From: Lysobacteraceae bacterium
GTDB lineage: Bacteria > Pseudomonadota > Gammaproteobacteria > Xanthomonadales > Rhodanobacteraceae
NCBI GenBank assembly: GCA_040255405.1
Contig: JBDZUX010000006.1
Location: forward strand, 3,862 to 67,861
Reading direction: 5' to 3'
DNA: 64,000 nucleotides
Shown piece after piece: positions 16,492 through 28,600 of this stretch (position 1 is the first letter of the stretch; each line of letters starts with the position of its first letter). A program made the translations under genes and the position numbers. The notes beneath the pieces were generated by a model. That model was not told where the DNA came from, ran no database searches, and saw nothing but the letters and a program-made list of their open reading frames with translations.

Positions 16492-18126
16492 ATGACCGAT
16501 GTGCAGTGGTGGCGCGGTGCCGTCATCTACCAGATCTATCCGCGCAGCTTCCTCGACACCGACGGCGACGGCGTGGGCGACCTGCGCGGCATCATCGAGC
16601 GACTCGACTACGTGGCATCACTGGGCGTGGACGCGGTATGGATCGCGCCGTTCTTCAAGTCGCCGATGGCCGATTTCGGTTACGACATCGCCGATTACCG
16701 CGCGGTCGACCCGCTCTTCGGCACGCTGGAGGACTTCGACCGGCTCCTCGCGAAAGCGCACGCGCTGGGCCTGAAGGTGATGATCGACCAGGTCTTGAGC
16801 CACACCTCGGCCACCCACGCGTGGTTTCGCGAAAGCCGGCAGAGCCGTGACAACCCGAAGGCTGATTGGTACGTGTGGGCCGATCCGCGCGAGGACGGCA
16901 CTGCGCCGAACAACTGGTTGTCGATCTTCGGCGGTCCCGCCTGGAAGTGGGAGCCGCGCCGCCAGCAGTACTACCTGCACAATTTCCTGACCGAACAGCC
17001 GGACCTCAACTTCCACCACCCCGACGTGCGCGCGGCGATGCTGGAAAACCTGCGCTTCTGGCTCGATCGCGGCGTGGACGGCTTCCGGCTGGACTCGATC
17101 AACTTCTGTTTCCACGACGCACAGCTGCGCGACAACCCGCCCAAGCCCAAGGATCGCCGCTCGGGGCGCGGGTTCAGCGCCGACAATCCCTACGCGTACC
17201 AGTACCACTACTTCAACAACACCCGGCCGGAGAACCTGGCGTTCCTCGACGCACTACGCGCGCTGCTCGATGGCTATCCGGGCACGACCACGCTGGGCGA
17301 AATCGCATCGGAAGATTCGCTGGCAACGATGGCCGAATACACGACCGCGCACCGCCTGCACATGGGCTACAGCTTCGAACTGCTCACCGACGATTTCAGT
17401 GCCGCCTACATCCGCGACACGGTGCGCGCGCAGGAGTCGAAAATGACGGAAGGCTGGCCGTGCTGGGCGATTTCCAACCATGACGTGGAACGCGTGCTCA
17501 GCCGCTGGGGCGGCGGCCGCGCCTCCGCGGCGCTGGCCAGCCAGCTCACGGCGATGGTGTGCTCGCTGCGCGGCTCGGTATGCGTGTACCAGGGCGAGGA
17601 ACTGGGCCTGACCGAGGCCGAGGTGCCGTTCGAGGCGCTGCGCGATCCGTACGGCATTGCCTTCTGGCCGCAGTTCAAGGGGCGCGACGGCTGTCGCACG
17701 CCGATGCCGTGGACCGCGGACGCCCACGGCGGATTCACCCGCGGCGCGCCGTGGCTGCCGGTGCCGCAGGAACATCTGGCGCTGGCGGTGTCGCGCCAGG
17801 AGACCGATGAGGCTTCGACGCTCCACGGCTTTCGCGCCTTCATGCACTGGCGTCACGCGCATCCGGCGCTCCGCACCGGCACCATCCGCTTCCTGGACAC
17901 GCCGGAACCGGTGCTGGCGTTCGTCCGTGAAGCGCCCGGCGAAACCCTGCTGGTCGCCTTCAATCTTTCGGACGCGGCCACCGACGTGGAACTGCCTTCG
18001 ATCCGCGGTGCGCAGCGCGTGCGCGGACACGGCTTGCACGAGGGCACGCTGGACGGCGAGCGCGTGCACCTGCCCGCCTGTGGCGCAATCTTTGCCTCGC
18101 TCGCCGAAGGAGACGCACCCGATTGA
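16492..18126 (+). CDS. aglA: Cytoplasmic GH13 alpha-glucosidase (oligo-1,6-glucosidase/AglA type)
   Basis: The N-terminus is MTDVQWWRGAVIYQIYPRSFLDTDGDGVGDLRGI. GH13 blocks are MIDQVLSHTS, GFRLDSINF, LGEIAS and ISNHDVER. There is no signal peptide. Confidence 0.88.
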   Translation: MTDVQWWRGAVIYQIYPRSFLDTDGDGVGDLRGIIERLDYVASLGVDAVWIAPFFKSPMADFGYDIADYRAVDPLFGTLEDFDRLLAKAHALGLKVMIDQVLSHTSATHAWFRESRQSRDNPKADWYVWADPREDGTAPNNWLSIFGGPAWKWEPRRQQYYLHNFLTEQPDLNFHHPDVRAAMLENLRFWLDRGVDGFRLDSINFCFHDAQLRDNPPKPKDRRSGRGFSADNPYAYQYHYFNNTRPENLAFLDALRALLDGYPGTTTLGEIASEDSLATMAEYTTAHRLHMGYSFELLTDDFSAAYIRDTVRAQESKMTEGWPCWAISNHDVERVLSRWGGGRASAALASQLTAMVCSLRGSVCVYQGEELGLTEAEVPFEALRDPYGIAFWPQFKGRDGCRTPMPWTADAHGGFTRGAPWLPVPQEHLALAVSRQETDEASTLHGFRAFMHWRHAHPALRTGTIRFLDTPEPVLAFVREAPGETLLVAFNLSDAATDVELPSIRGAQRVRGHGLHEGTLDGERVHLPACGAIFASLAEGDAPD

Positions 18127-18212
18127 GCGGGTCCGCCCGGCAGCATCGCGCGAATTTGGCTAGCATCGGCAGCCGCGACCGTACGATCGTGGCTCCCGAA
18201 GGCCGTTCCCGC

Positions 18213-19277
18213 GTGCACAGCAAGAAACGCATCACGTCGTTCGACATTGCCGAAAAGGCCGGGGTTTCCCAGGCCACGGTTTCGCGCGCGCTGCGCGGCG
18301 ATCCTTCGGTGAGCGAGGACACCCGCAGGCGCGTGGAAGCGGCCGCGGCGACACTCAACTACACGGTGGACAAGAGCGCGTCGAGCCTGCGCGGCAGGCT
18401 GACCGGCACGCTCGCGCTGCTGTTCTTCGAGGATCCCACGCCCGACGATTCGCACATCAATCCGTTCTTCCTGTCGATGCTGGGCTCGATCACCCGTGCC
18501 TGTGCGCGGCACGGTTACGACCTGCTGATCTCGTTCCAGGAACTTGCCCGCGACTGGCACGCGGACTTCGCCGAGAGCAAAAAGGCCGACGGCATCATCC
18601 TGCTCGGCTACGGAGATTACCTGACCCACACCAGCCGGCTGGAAAAATTGCGCGCGCGCGGCACCAAGCTGGTGAGCTGGGGCGCGGTGATGCCCGACCA
18701 GCCCTGCGTCACGATCGGCTGCGACAACTTCAGCGGCGGCCGCAGCGTCACCGAACACCTGCTCGACCAAGGCTGTCGCCGCATCGCGTTCATCGGCGAT
18801 GCTTCGCGGCACTTCCCGGAATTCCAGGAACGCTATCGCGGACACCTGCAGGCCCTGCGCACGCGCGGCATCGTGCCGGACGACGCGCTGCAGGTGGACG
18901 CGGAGAGCTCGCAGCAGGAAGGCCGTCGCGCGGTGGAGGCCTTGCTCGCGCGCGGTGAATCGTTCGATGCCGTCTTTGCCGCCAGCGACCTGATCGCGAT
19001 CGGCGCCATCGGCGCGCTGTCGGCGCATGGCATCGGCGTCCCATTCGAGGTCGCGGTGGCGGGCTTCGACGACATCCCGATGGCCAGCTTCGTCAACCCG
19101 CCGCTCACAACCGTGTTGCAGGACACGCGCCGCGCCGGTGAAATGCTGGTGGACAGCCTGCTGCGATTGATCCACGACGAACACGTCGAAAGCAGGATGT
19201 TGCCAATGAAATTGATGGTGCGGCGTTCCAGCTTGTGGAAGGACCTCGCCCACTCCGAATCCACGCGTGAGGACTGA
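18213..19277 (+). CDS. LacI-family transcriptional regulator
   Basis: The HTH is (V)HSKKRITSFDIAEKAGVSQATVSRALRGD, followed by a periplasmic-binding-protein-like sugar domain. The start is uncertain. GTG 18213 places the HTH at the N-terminus. The track uses TTG 18123, which overlaps the aglA stop. Confidence 0.85.
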   Translation: MHSKKRITSFDIAEKAGVSQATVSRALRGDPSVSEDTRRRVEAAAATLNYTVDKSASSLRGRLTGTLALLFFEDPTPDDSHINPFFLSMLGSITRACARHGYDLLISFQELARDWHADFAESKKADGIILLGYGDYLTHTSRLEKLRARGTKLVSWGAVMPDQPCVTIGCDNFSGGRSVTEHLLDQGCRRIAFIGDASRHFPEFQERYRGHLQALRTRGIVPDDALQVDAESSQQEGRRAVEALLARGESFDAVFAASDLIAIGAIGALSAHGIGVPFEVAVAGFDDIPMASFVNPPLTTVLQDTRRAGEMLVDSLLRLIHDEHVESRMLPMKLMVRRSSLWKDLAHSESTRED

Positions 19278-19283
19278 AGGAAG

Positions 19284-20267
19284 ATGCACGAGCTTGCACT
19301 GATCGGCGATATCGGCGGCACCAACGCGCGCTTCGCGCTCACCGACCTGACCGCCGACGCGCCGCAGATCCTGAAGGAACAGACGCTCACCGACGCCGGC
19401 TTCCACAGTCTGCGCGACGCGGCGCGGCACTATCTCGAAGCGACCCAGGTCGAACCCGTGCGCGCCGCGCTGGCGGTCGCTTCGCCGATCGAAGGCGACG
19501 ACATCACCCTGACCAATCGCGACTGGTCATTCAACCGCGACACGCTGCAACACGCGCTCGGGCTCGACGACCTGCGGCTCATCAACGACTTCGCGGCCAT
19601 CGCATGGGCGGCACCGCACCTCGCCACCAGCGACCGCATCGCGGTCCACGGCACGCTCACGACGCCACCGCTTGGCCCGGTCACGCTGATCGGCGCCGGC
19701 ACCGGGCTCGGCGTCGCGTTGCTGACGGGCTCGGCCACGCAGGGCTGGCACGCGGTCCCCACCGAAGGCGGCCACGCCAGCTTCGCGCCCACCGACGATG
19801 AGGAGCGCAAGATCGCCGCCTGGCTGCGCAAGCGCCACGGGCGCGTATCGACCGAGCGCTTGCTGAGCGGCCACGGCCTGTCCAACATCGATGCCTGCCT
19901 GCGCGGGGTGGAGCCCGTGCCGGCGCCTGCCACGCAGACCGGTTCGCGGCGTTCCAAGGACGTGGTCGATGCGGCGCTGGCGGGCGAAGCCGATGCCGTG
20001 CACGCACTGCGGCGTTTCTGCCGGATCTACGGTGCAGCCGCAGGTGACGCCGCGCTGCTGCACGGCGCCAACACCGTGATGATCGCGGGGGGCGTGGTGC
20101 TGCACTTCCTCGATTTCTTCCGCGCCAGCGAGTTCATGGAAGCCTTCACCGCCAAGGGCCGCCACGCCGATTACATGCGGCGCATGGCGGTGCAGGTGAT
20201 CACGCATCCGAACCCGGGCCTGCTCGGCGCCGCCGTCGCGGCGCGCCAAGGCAAAATCGGCGTCTGA
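19284..20267 (+). CDS. glk: Glucokinase
   Basis: MHELALIGDIGGTNARFALTD carries the ROK-less Glk N-terminal ATP motif. AGGAAG lies before the ATG, 6 nt after the LacI stop. Confidence 0.9.
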   Translation: MHELALIGDIGGTNARFALTDLTADAPQILKEQTLTDAGFHSLRDAARHYLEATQVEPVRAALAVASPIEGDDITLTNRDWSFNRDTLQHALGLDDLRLINDFAAIAWAAPHLATSDRIAVHGTLTTPPLGPVTLIGAGTGLGVALLTGSATQGWHAVPTEGGHASFAPTDDEERKIAAWLRKRHGRVSTERLLSGHGLSNIDACLRGVEPVPAPATQTGSRRSKDVVDAALAGEADAVHALRRFCRIYGAAAGDAALLHGANTVMIAGGVVLHFLDFFRASEFMEAFTAKGRHADYMRRMAVQVITHPNPGLLGAAVAARQGKIGV

Positions 20268-20544
20268 CGGAACCCCGTCGCTCAGCGGAGCGACGTGGTC
20301 GCAAGCGTGGGCGCAAATCATCCTTCGATGCGCGCGCAACGCCGGGGAAGGCATCGACCAGCCTGGAGCGGTAGCCGAAGCGGTCAGGCAGGTCCTGCGG
20401 CAAGTCGGCGCGCCCGGACACTGATGCAACCCAGCGCCGCACCGGGATGGCGCTGAACGGACTGCGCGGCCGGTGTTGCCGCTCGCGCACCGCACGTCCA
20501 TGATGATGTGACTGACCGCGTGTTGAAGGACCAACCTCGCGACC

Positions 20545-21789
20545 ATGCATCTCGCGGAACTCCTGGCGTTCGCCGGCTTCGGTGCCGTGATCCTGATCGT
20601 GGCATGGTTGCCGTTGTGGCTGGAGCGCCTGCCGCTCACCTTGCCGATGCTGGCGGTCGGCGCCGGTTTCGTCGCCTTCCTGTTCACGCCGGAACTTGCC
20701 GCACCGCAGGCGCACCCGCTGATCGCGACGGTGCTGCTGGAAGTGGTACTGATCGTCGCGGTGATGGGCGCCGGCTTGAGCATCGACCGGCGTTTCACGT
20801 GGCGCGGCTGGACCAGCACGTGGCGGTTGCTGGTGGTCGTGATGCCCGTGTCGGTCGCGGCGCTGGCGGCGCTGGGATGGGGACTGCTGGGGCTGCCGCT
20901 CGGGGTGGCAGTATTGCTTGGCGCGATCCTGGCCCCGACCGATCCGGTACTGGCGGCGTCGGTGCAGGTCGGCCCACCCGGCGTGGGCGAGGAAGATGAA
21001 ACGCGTTTCGCACTCACGTCCGAAGCTGGCCTGAACGACGGGCTGGCACTGCCATTCCTCGTGCTCGGCGCCAGCCTGATCGCGCACGATGCGCAACCGG
21101 GTTGGTGGATCGCGCGCTGGGCCGCCGTCGATCTCGTGTGGGGCGTTGCCATTGCTGGCGCGGTGGGATTTGCTTGCGGTTGGCTGCTGATCAAGGGCAA
21201 CAATTTGCTGCCCGAACGCCTGCAACTTTCGCAATCCAGCGAAGGGCTGGCATCGGTGGGGCTGGCGTTTCTCGTGTATGCAGCCGCCGAGGTGCTGCAC
21301 GGCTACGGATTCGTCGCGGTGTTCGCGGCCGCCGTCACCTTGCGCAAATTCGGAAGCGCACTCGAATACGCGCGGCGCCTCACCGCTTCCGCGCGCCGGC
21401 TCGAACGCATGCTGGCGTTCCTCGTGTTCGGGCTGTTCGGCGGCGCGATCGCCAGCGGCGTGCTGGACGGAATTGGCTGGCGCGAAGCCGCGTTCGCGGT
21501 GCTGGCGCTGCTGGTGGTGCGTCCACTCGCGGCCCTGCTGGGGTTCGTCGGGTCGAAACACCCCATGCCGGTCCGGCTGGCCCTCGGGTATTTCGGCATC
21601 CGCGGGCTCGGTTCGCTGTATTACATCAGCCGCGAGGTGGGCGCCAATCCACACCACAACCCGCTCGGGTTGTGGTCGGTGACCGCGCTGACCGTGCTGT
21701 TCTCGATCGCGCTTTACGGTGTCACCGCACGACCCGTGTTGCGGGTGCTGGACCGGATCCTGGGGCGACACAAGTCGAACGCGCATTGA
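20545..21789 (+). CDS. Cation:proton antiporter (Na+/H+ exchanger, CPA1/NhaP type)
   Basis: This is a polytopic membrane protein with ILAPTDPVLA and FALTSEAGLNDGLALPF blocks. Confidence 0.85.
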   Translation: MHLAELLAFAGFGAVILIVAWLPLWLERLPLTLPMLAVGAGFVAFLFTPELAAPQAHPLIATVLLEVVLIVAVMGAGLSIDRRFTWRGWTSTWRLLVVVMPVSVAALAALGWGLLGLPLGVAVLLGAILAPTDPVLAASVQVGPPGVGEEDETRFALTSEAGLNDGLALPFLVLGASLIAHDAQPGWWIARWAAVDLVWGVAIAGAVGFACGWLLIKGNNLLPERLQLSQSSEGLASVGLAFLVYAAAEVLHGYGFVAVFAAAVTLRKFGSALEYARRLTASARRLERMLAFLVFGLFGGAIASGVLDGIGWREAAFAVLALLVVRPLAALLGFVGSKHPMPVRLALGYFGIRGLGSLYYISREVGANPHHNPLGLWSVTALTVLFSIALYGVTARPVLRVLDRILGRHKSNAH

Positions 21790-22029
21790 TGCCGCAACGA
21801 TCCATGCGGCGAGCCGTCAGCGAATCAGGTAACCCTGTACGTCGACGCACGCGCCGCGGATTTCCAGGATTGGCCTGGGGATGCGTTGGGCATCTGAAAT
21901 CCGCGAGCGGGCGTCAGGATCCGGTTTCATTCATCGCGCGCGCAACCCCCTTCGCGTTGGGCGCGTGTGGGGTGGCCTGCAGGCAGGCTCCTGCAATCGA
22001 ACGTCGGTCGTGTTGGCACGCCGACCCCG

Positions 22030-24096
<2,067 letters not shown>

Positions 24097-24118
24097 CCCG
24101 ACATTATACGTTTGCCCT

Positions 24119-24137
24119 GCTGACAACCCTTGTCAGC
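24119..24137. promoter_or_regulatory. Short inverted repeat in the uvrB / SIR2-TIR divergent region
   Basis: GCTGACAA-ccc-TTGTCAGC has 8-bp perfect arms. Confidence 0.3.
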
Positions 24138-24234
24138 AAGGTGCCGCAGGCCGGCAACCACCCGCCGTGGGCAGCCCATGCAACCGGCCATCCGCTGGAG
24201 TAAGCTCCGCGCGTCCATTGCGAGGGTTGGCGAA

Positions 24235-25617
24235 ATGACGCTGCCGAACGCTGTCGAGACGCCGCAGAGTTTTGACGACGACGCATGGGACGACCTCCTC
24301 AATTACATCGAGGAGCACCGGGTCATTCCGATCATCGGTCCCGACCTGCTGCGGGTGCAGACCGACGGCGGCCTGCGCCCCCTGTACGTCTGGCTCGCGG
24401 AGAAACTGGCGGCGCGCCTGTCGGTCAACACGACCGAACTGCCGCAGCCGCTCACGCTCAACGACGTGATGTGTTCGTACCTCGGCCAGCGCGGGCGCCG
24501 CGAGGAAGCCTACACGCGGTTGCGTTCGATCATGCGCGAGGTGCAATTCGAGCCGCCGATGGCGTTGCGGCAACTGGCGCAGATCGCCGACTTCGACCTG
24601 TTCGTCACGACGACCTTCGACCCGCTGCTCGAAAACGCCGTCAACCAGGAACGTTACGGCGGCCAGCCTTCGGCCGAAGTGATCGCCTACTCGCCCAACC
24701 GCGTCGCCGACCTGCCCTGCGAACGCGCCGACCTGCGCCGCAGCGTGGTGTACCACCTGCTCGGCCGACTGTCCGCCTCGCCCACGTACGTGTTGTCCGA
24801 CGAGGACATGCTGGAGTTCATCTGCGCGTTGCAGTCCGAACACCTGACGCCGGAAAAACTCTTCCACGAACTTGAACACAACCACCTGCTCCTGATAGGC
24901 AGCGACTTCTCCAACTGGCTGGCGCGGTTGTTCCTGCGCATGGCCAAGCGCAAGCGCCTGTCCGACCCGCGCGATGTCACCGAGGTTTTCGCCGACGACC
25001 ACACCGCCAAGGACGCACGCCTGGTCGCGTTCCTGCAGCAGGTCAGCGTGCGCACGCGCGTGTACGGCGGCGCGGAATCCTTCGTCGCCGAGCTGCACCA
25101 GCGCTGGAGCGCGCGCCAGCGCCCGGCGCAGACCTCGCCTTCGCATGCGCCGCAACGCTTCCTGCCGCCGGCACGCGAGATGCCGGAGAACGCGATCTTC
25201 ATCAGCTACGCACGCGAGGACCTGCCCGCGGTGCAACGGTTGAAAGCCGGCATGGATGCGGCCGGGCTCACCACCTGGTTCGATCTCGACCGTCTCGAAG
25301 GCGGCGACGATTACGATCGCAAGATCCGTGCGAACATCGCGCGTTGCAGTTTCTTCGTGCCAGTGATTTCGGCCACGACCGAGCACCGCCACGAAGCCTA
25401 CTTCCGCCGTGAATGGAGCTACGCGGTCGACCGCGCGCGCAACATCGCGGAAGGCGCGGTGTTCATCCTGCCGGTTTGCATCGACGACACGCCCGAAGCC
25501 ACCACACTGGTGCCGGAGCATTTCAAGGCGGTGCACATGACGCGCCTGCCAAGCGGCGAGGCCACGCCGGGATTCCTGCGCCGCTTGCAGGAACTGCTGA
25601 GCGGGAGGCGCGCATGA
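24235..25617 (+). CDS. SIR2-like (SIR2_2-type) domain / TIR domain fusion protein
   Basis: N-terminal blocks are VIPIIGPDLL, DLFVTTTFDPLLENA, VVYHLLGRLSASPTYVLSDEDMLEF and HLLLIGSDFSNWL. The C-terminal TIR domain is AIFISYAREDLPAVQRLKAGMDAAGLTTWFDLDRLEGGDDYDRKI...CSFFVPVIS...YFRREWSYAVDRA...FILPVCID. GAGGG lies 8 nt before ATG 24235, with an alternative ATG at 24178. Confidence 0.8.
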   Translation: MTLPNAVETPQSFDDDAWDDLLNYIEEHRVIPIIGPDLLRVQTDGGLRPLYVWLAEKLAARLSVNTTELPQPLTLNDVMCSYLGQRGRREEAYTRLRSIMREVQFEPPMALRQLAQIADFDLFVTTTFDPLLENAVNQERYGGQPSAEVIAYSPNRVADLPCERADLRRSVVYHLLGRLSASPTYVLSDEDMLEFICALQSEHLTPEKLFHELEHNHLLLIGSDFSNWLARLFLRMAKRKRLSDPRDVTEVFADDHTAKDARLVAFLQQVSVRTRVYGGAESFVAELHQRWSARQRPAQTSPSHAPQRFLPPAREMPENAIFISYAREDLPAVQRLKAGMDAAGLTTWFDLDRLEGGDDYDRKIRANIARCSFFVPVISATTEHRHEAYFRREWSYAVDRARNIAEGAVFILPVCIDDTPEATTLVPEHFKAVHMTRLPSGEATPGFLRRLQELLSGRRA

Positions 25618-28600
25618 ACGACATCAACCGCCGCGACACGGTGATGCTCGATCCGGAAAACCCCTGGCTCGGGCTGTTTTCCTACTCCGAGGAAACCCGC
25701 GCGTATTTCCACGGCCGCGACGAGGAAGCGGCGGAGCTCGCGCGGCGCGTGCAGCGCAAACTGTTGACAGTGCTGTTCGGGCAATCGGGCCTGGGCAAGA
25801 CTTCGCTGTTGCGCGCGGGTCTGGTGCCGCGCCTGCGCGGTGCCGACTTCTGCCCGGTTTACGTGCGCGTCGACTACGCGCCCGGATCGCCCTCGCCTTC
25901 CGAGCAGATCAAGCAGGCGATCTTCCGTGCCACCGCGGAAGCCGGCCACTGGACGCGGCCGGGTAGCGCGATCGAAGGCGAATCGCTGTGGGAATTCCTG
26001 CACCACCGCGAAGACCTGCTGCGCGATGCCGACGGCCACACGCTGATGCCGCTGCTGATCTTCGACCAGTTCGAGGAAATCTTCACGCTCGGGCAGGCCG
26101 ATGACGCGGGCCGCCTGCGCGCAAAACAGTTCCTCGAGGACCTCGCCGACCTCGTCGAGAACCGTGCGCCGGCGGCGCTGGAAAAACGCCTGGAGGAAGA
26201 CGACCAGGCCGCCGAACAGTTCGATTTTGCGCGTGCCGATTACCGCGTGCTGATCGCGCTGCGCGAGGACTATCTCGCGCACCTGGAAAGCGTGAAGGAC
26301 ATCATGCCTTCGATCACGCAGAACCGGATGCGGCTGGCGCGCATGAACGGCGCGCAGGCACTGAGCGCGGTGGTGAAACCCGGCGGCAAGCTGGTATCGC
26401 AGGAAGTCGCCGAAGCGATCGTGCGCTTTGTCGCCGGGGGGTCGGAACTGGCCAACGCGGAGATCGAACCTTCGCTGCTGAGCCTGGTATGCCGCGAACT
26501 CAACGCGGCACGGCAGGCGCAGGGACGCCGCGAAATTTCCGCCGACCTGCTGGCGGGCTCACGCGACACGATCCTGTCCGAGTTCTACGAACGCGCACTG
26601 GCCGACCAGCCGACCGGCGTACGGCGCGTGATCGAGGACGAACTGCTGACCGAATCCGGCTATCGCGAAAGCCTGGCCGAGGAACGCGTGCGCAAGGCAC
26701 TGGACGCCGCGGGCGCCTCTCCCGATGCGTTGCCCACGCTGGTGAACCGCCGCTTGCTGCGCATCGAGGAACGCCTCGACATGCGCCGCGTGGAACTGAC
26801 CCACGACGTGCTGTGCAGCGTGGTGCTCGCCAGTCGCAACCAGCGCCATGCCCGCGAAGCGCGCGAGGAAGCCGAGCGCCAGCTCACCGCGCAACGCGAA
26901 CGCGAGGCAGCAACGCACCGCGCCCTGCTGCGCACGCGCATGGTCGCGACCGTCTGCGTGGTGTTGCTGGTACTCGCGATCATCGCAGCGATGTTCGGCT
27001 TCATCGGCATGCACCGCGCCAAGATCGCGCAGGCGGAAGCCCAGGCCTCGCGCACGCACGCGGAAAACCTGGTCGGCTTCATGATCGATGACTTCTACAA
27101 CGAGCTCGCACCCACTGGCCGGCTAGGCACGCTGGGCATGCTGGCGCAGAAAACCGTGGATTACTACGACGGCTTGCCGCCGGCGTTGCTCACCCCGGAA
27201 ACCGAAATCAACAAGGCGATGGCGCTGGTGCGCCTGGGTTCGGCCCAGAATGCCAGCGGCGACGACAAAGCCGCGCGCAAGAATTTCGGCGAAGCCCAGG
27301 CGATCTTCGGGAAGCTGCGCGCGGCGGGCAACGATGGCGAGCCGGTGGTCTATGGCCTCGCCTCGATCCTGTACAACGCGAATTACGGATCCGCCGTGGG
27401 CGGCGGGAGTTCGGCGCCGATGGATCAGGCTGCCGCCCTGCTGCGGCCGCTCGTCAACGCTGCCAATCCGTCGCGCCGGGTGCGGCAACTTTACGCCGAT
27501 ACCTTGAACATCATCTGCCTCAACCAGCGGCCGCAGCAAGGCCTGGCAACCTGCGAAGAGGCGCTCAAGACGCTTGCGGGCCTTGGCGCGCTGGATTTGT
27601 CGGATTTGAATGCCGCAGCCTCCTGGGCCGATACCGCCGATACCAAGTCCGGGGAACTGCAGGCACTCGGCCGCATCGGTGAAGCCGAAAAGCTGGAGCA
27701 GCAGGTGTTTGCGATGACCGAAAAGGTCCTGGCGCGCCGGCCGGGCGATTTGCATTCGCTGGAAGATCGCTTCTTTGCCGTGAAGCGGCTCGGTGATCTT
27801 GCGGCGGGCCGGCACGATGCGACGGCGGCCGCGAAGCATGCGAACGAAGCCGTGCAGGCCGCCGAGGATTGGGTACGCTTCGACCCGTCCAGTGTCGATG
27901 CCTGGGCCAGGCTGGCGCAGGCCCGGAGCCAGGTTGCCACGTTCCAGTTCGAGCGCGGCGAGGTATCCACTTCCATCGCCACCCTGCGCGCGGCGCTGGC
28001 GTTGGCGCAGGACCCGCGCAGCCCCAAACCCCTCGCTGCCGTGACCTGGTACATCCGGCTCGACCTCGCGAGAGCCATCGCGGAGACCGGCGAAGGGGGG
28101 GCGGAGCAGTCGGCGCAGGCCGCCGTGCGGGACCTGCAATCGCTGATGGCGGATCGGCCGCCCGAATCTGCCCAGCGCCGGCTTGCGGCGACCAACCTGC
28201 CGCTGGCACTCGGGGATATCAAACTGAGCCAGGGTGCACTGCAACCGGCATTGGCCGAGGCCACCGCGGCGCGCGCCGCAATCCAGCCGATCGATGTGCC
28301 GGCGACGGACGCAGGCGCGACCCGCTGGAAAAACCAGAACCTGGCGGACAGTCTCAACGTCGCCACGCGAGCCTCCATGCAGCTCGGGCGCTACGCGCAA
28401 GCGGAAACCCTGGCGCGCCAGTGGCTCGCGATCATCCCGAACGCGACGGCCACGCAAGCCGATCCGAAACCGCGTGAATCGCGCGCCCGGTACATCCTCG
28501 CGCAGGCGATCGCGATGCAGGGCCGCCGCGACGAGGCCAAGGCAACCCTGCAACCGGCGATGACCTGGTACCGTCAAGAACAACAAGCCGGCGCGACCGG

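Noticed and set aside
18123-18212. TTG start at 18123 for the LacI regulator, overlapping the aglA stop.
   Set aside because: It would add 30 non-conserved residues (SGSARQHRANLASIGSRDRTIVAPEGRSR) ahead of the HTH, which in LacI-family proteins sits at the extreme N-terminus. GTG 18213 is preferred, but the longer form cannot be excluded.
25413-25613. Upstream extension of the STAND gene (track start at 25413).
   Set aside because: The extension lies entirely inside the TIR-coding part of the upstream gene in another frame and translates to Arg/His/Gly-rich sequence. ATG 25614 overlaps the upstream stop (ATGA) and precedes the conserved nSTAND N-terminal block.
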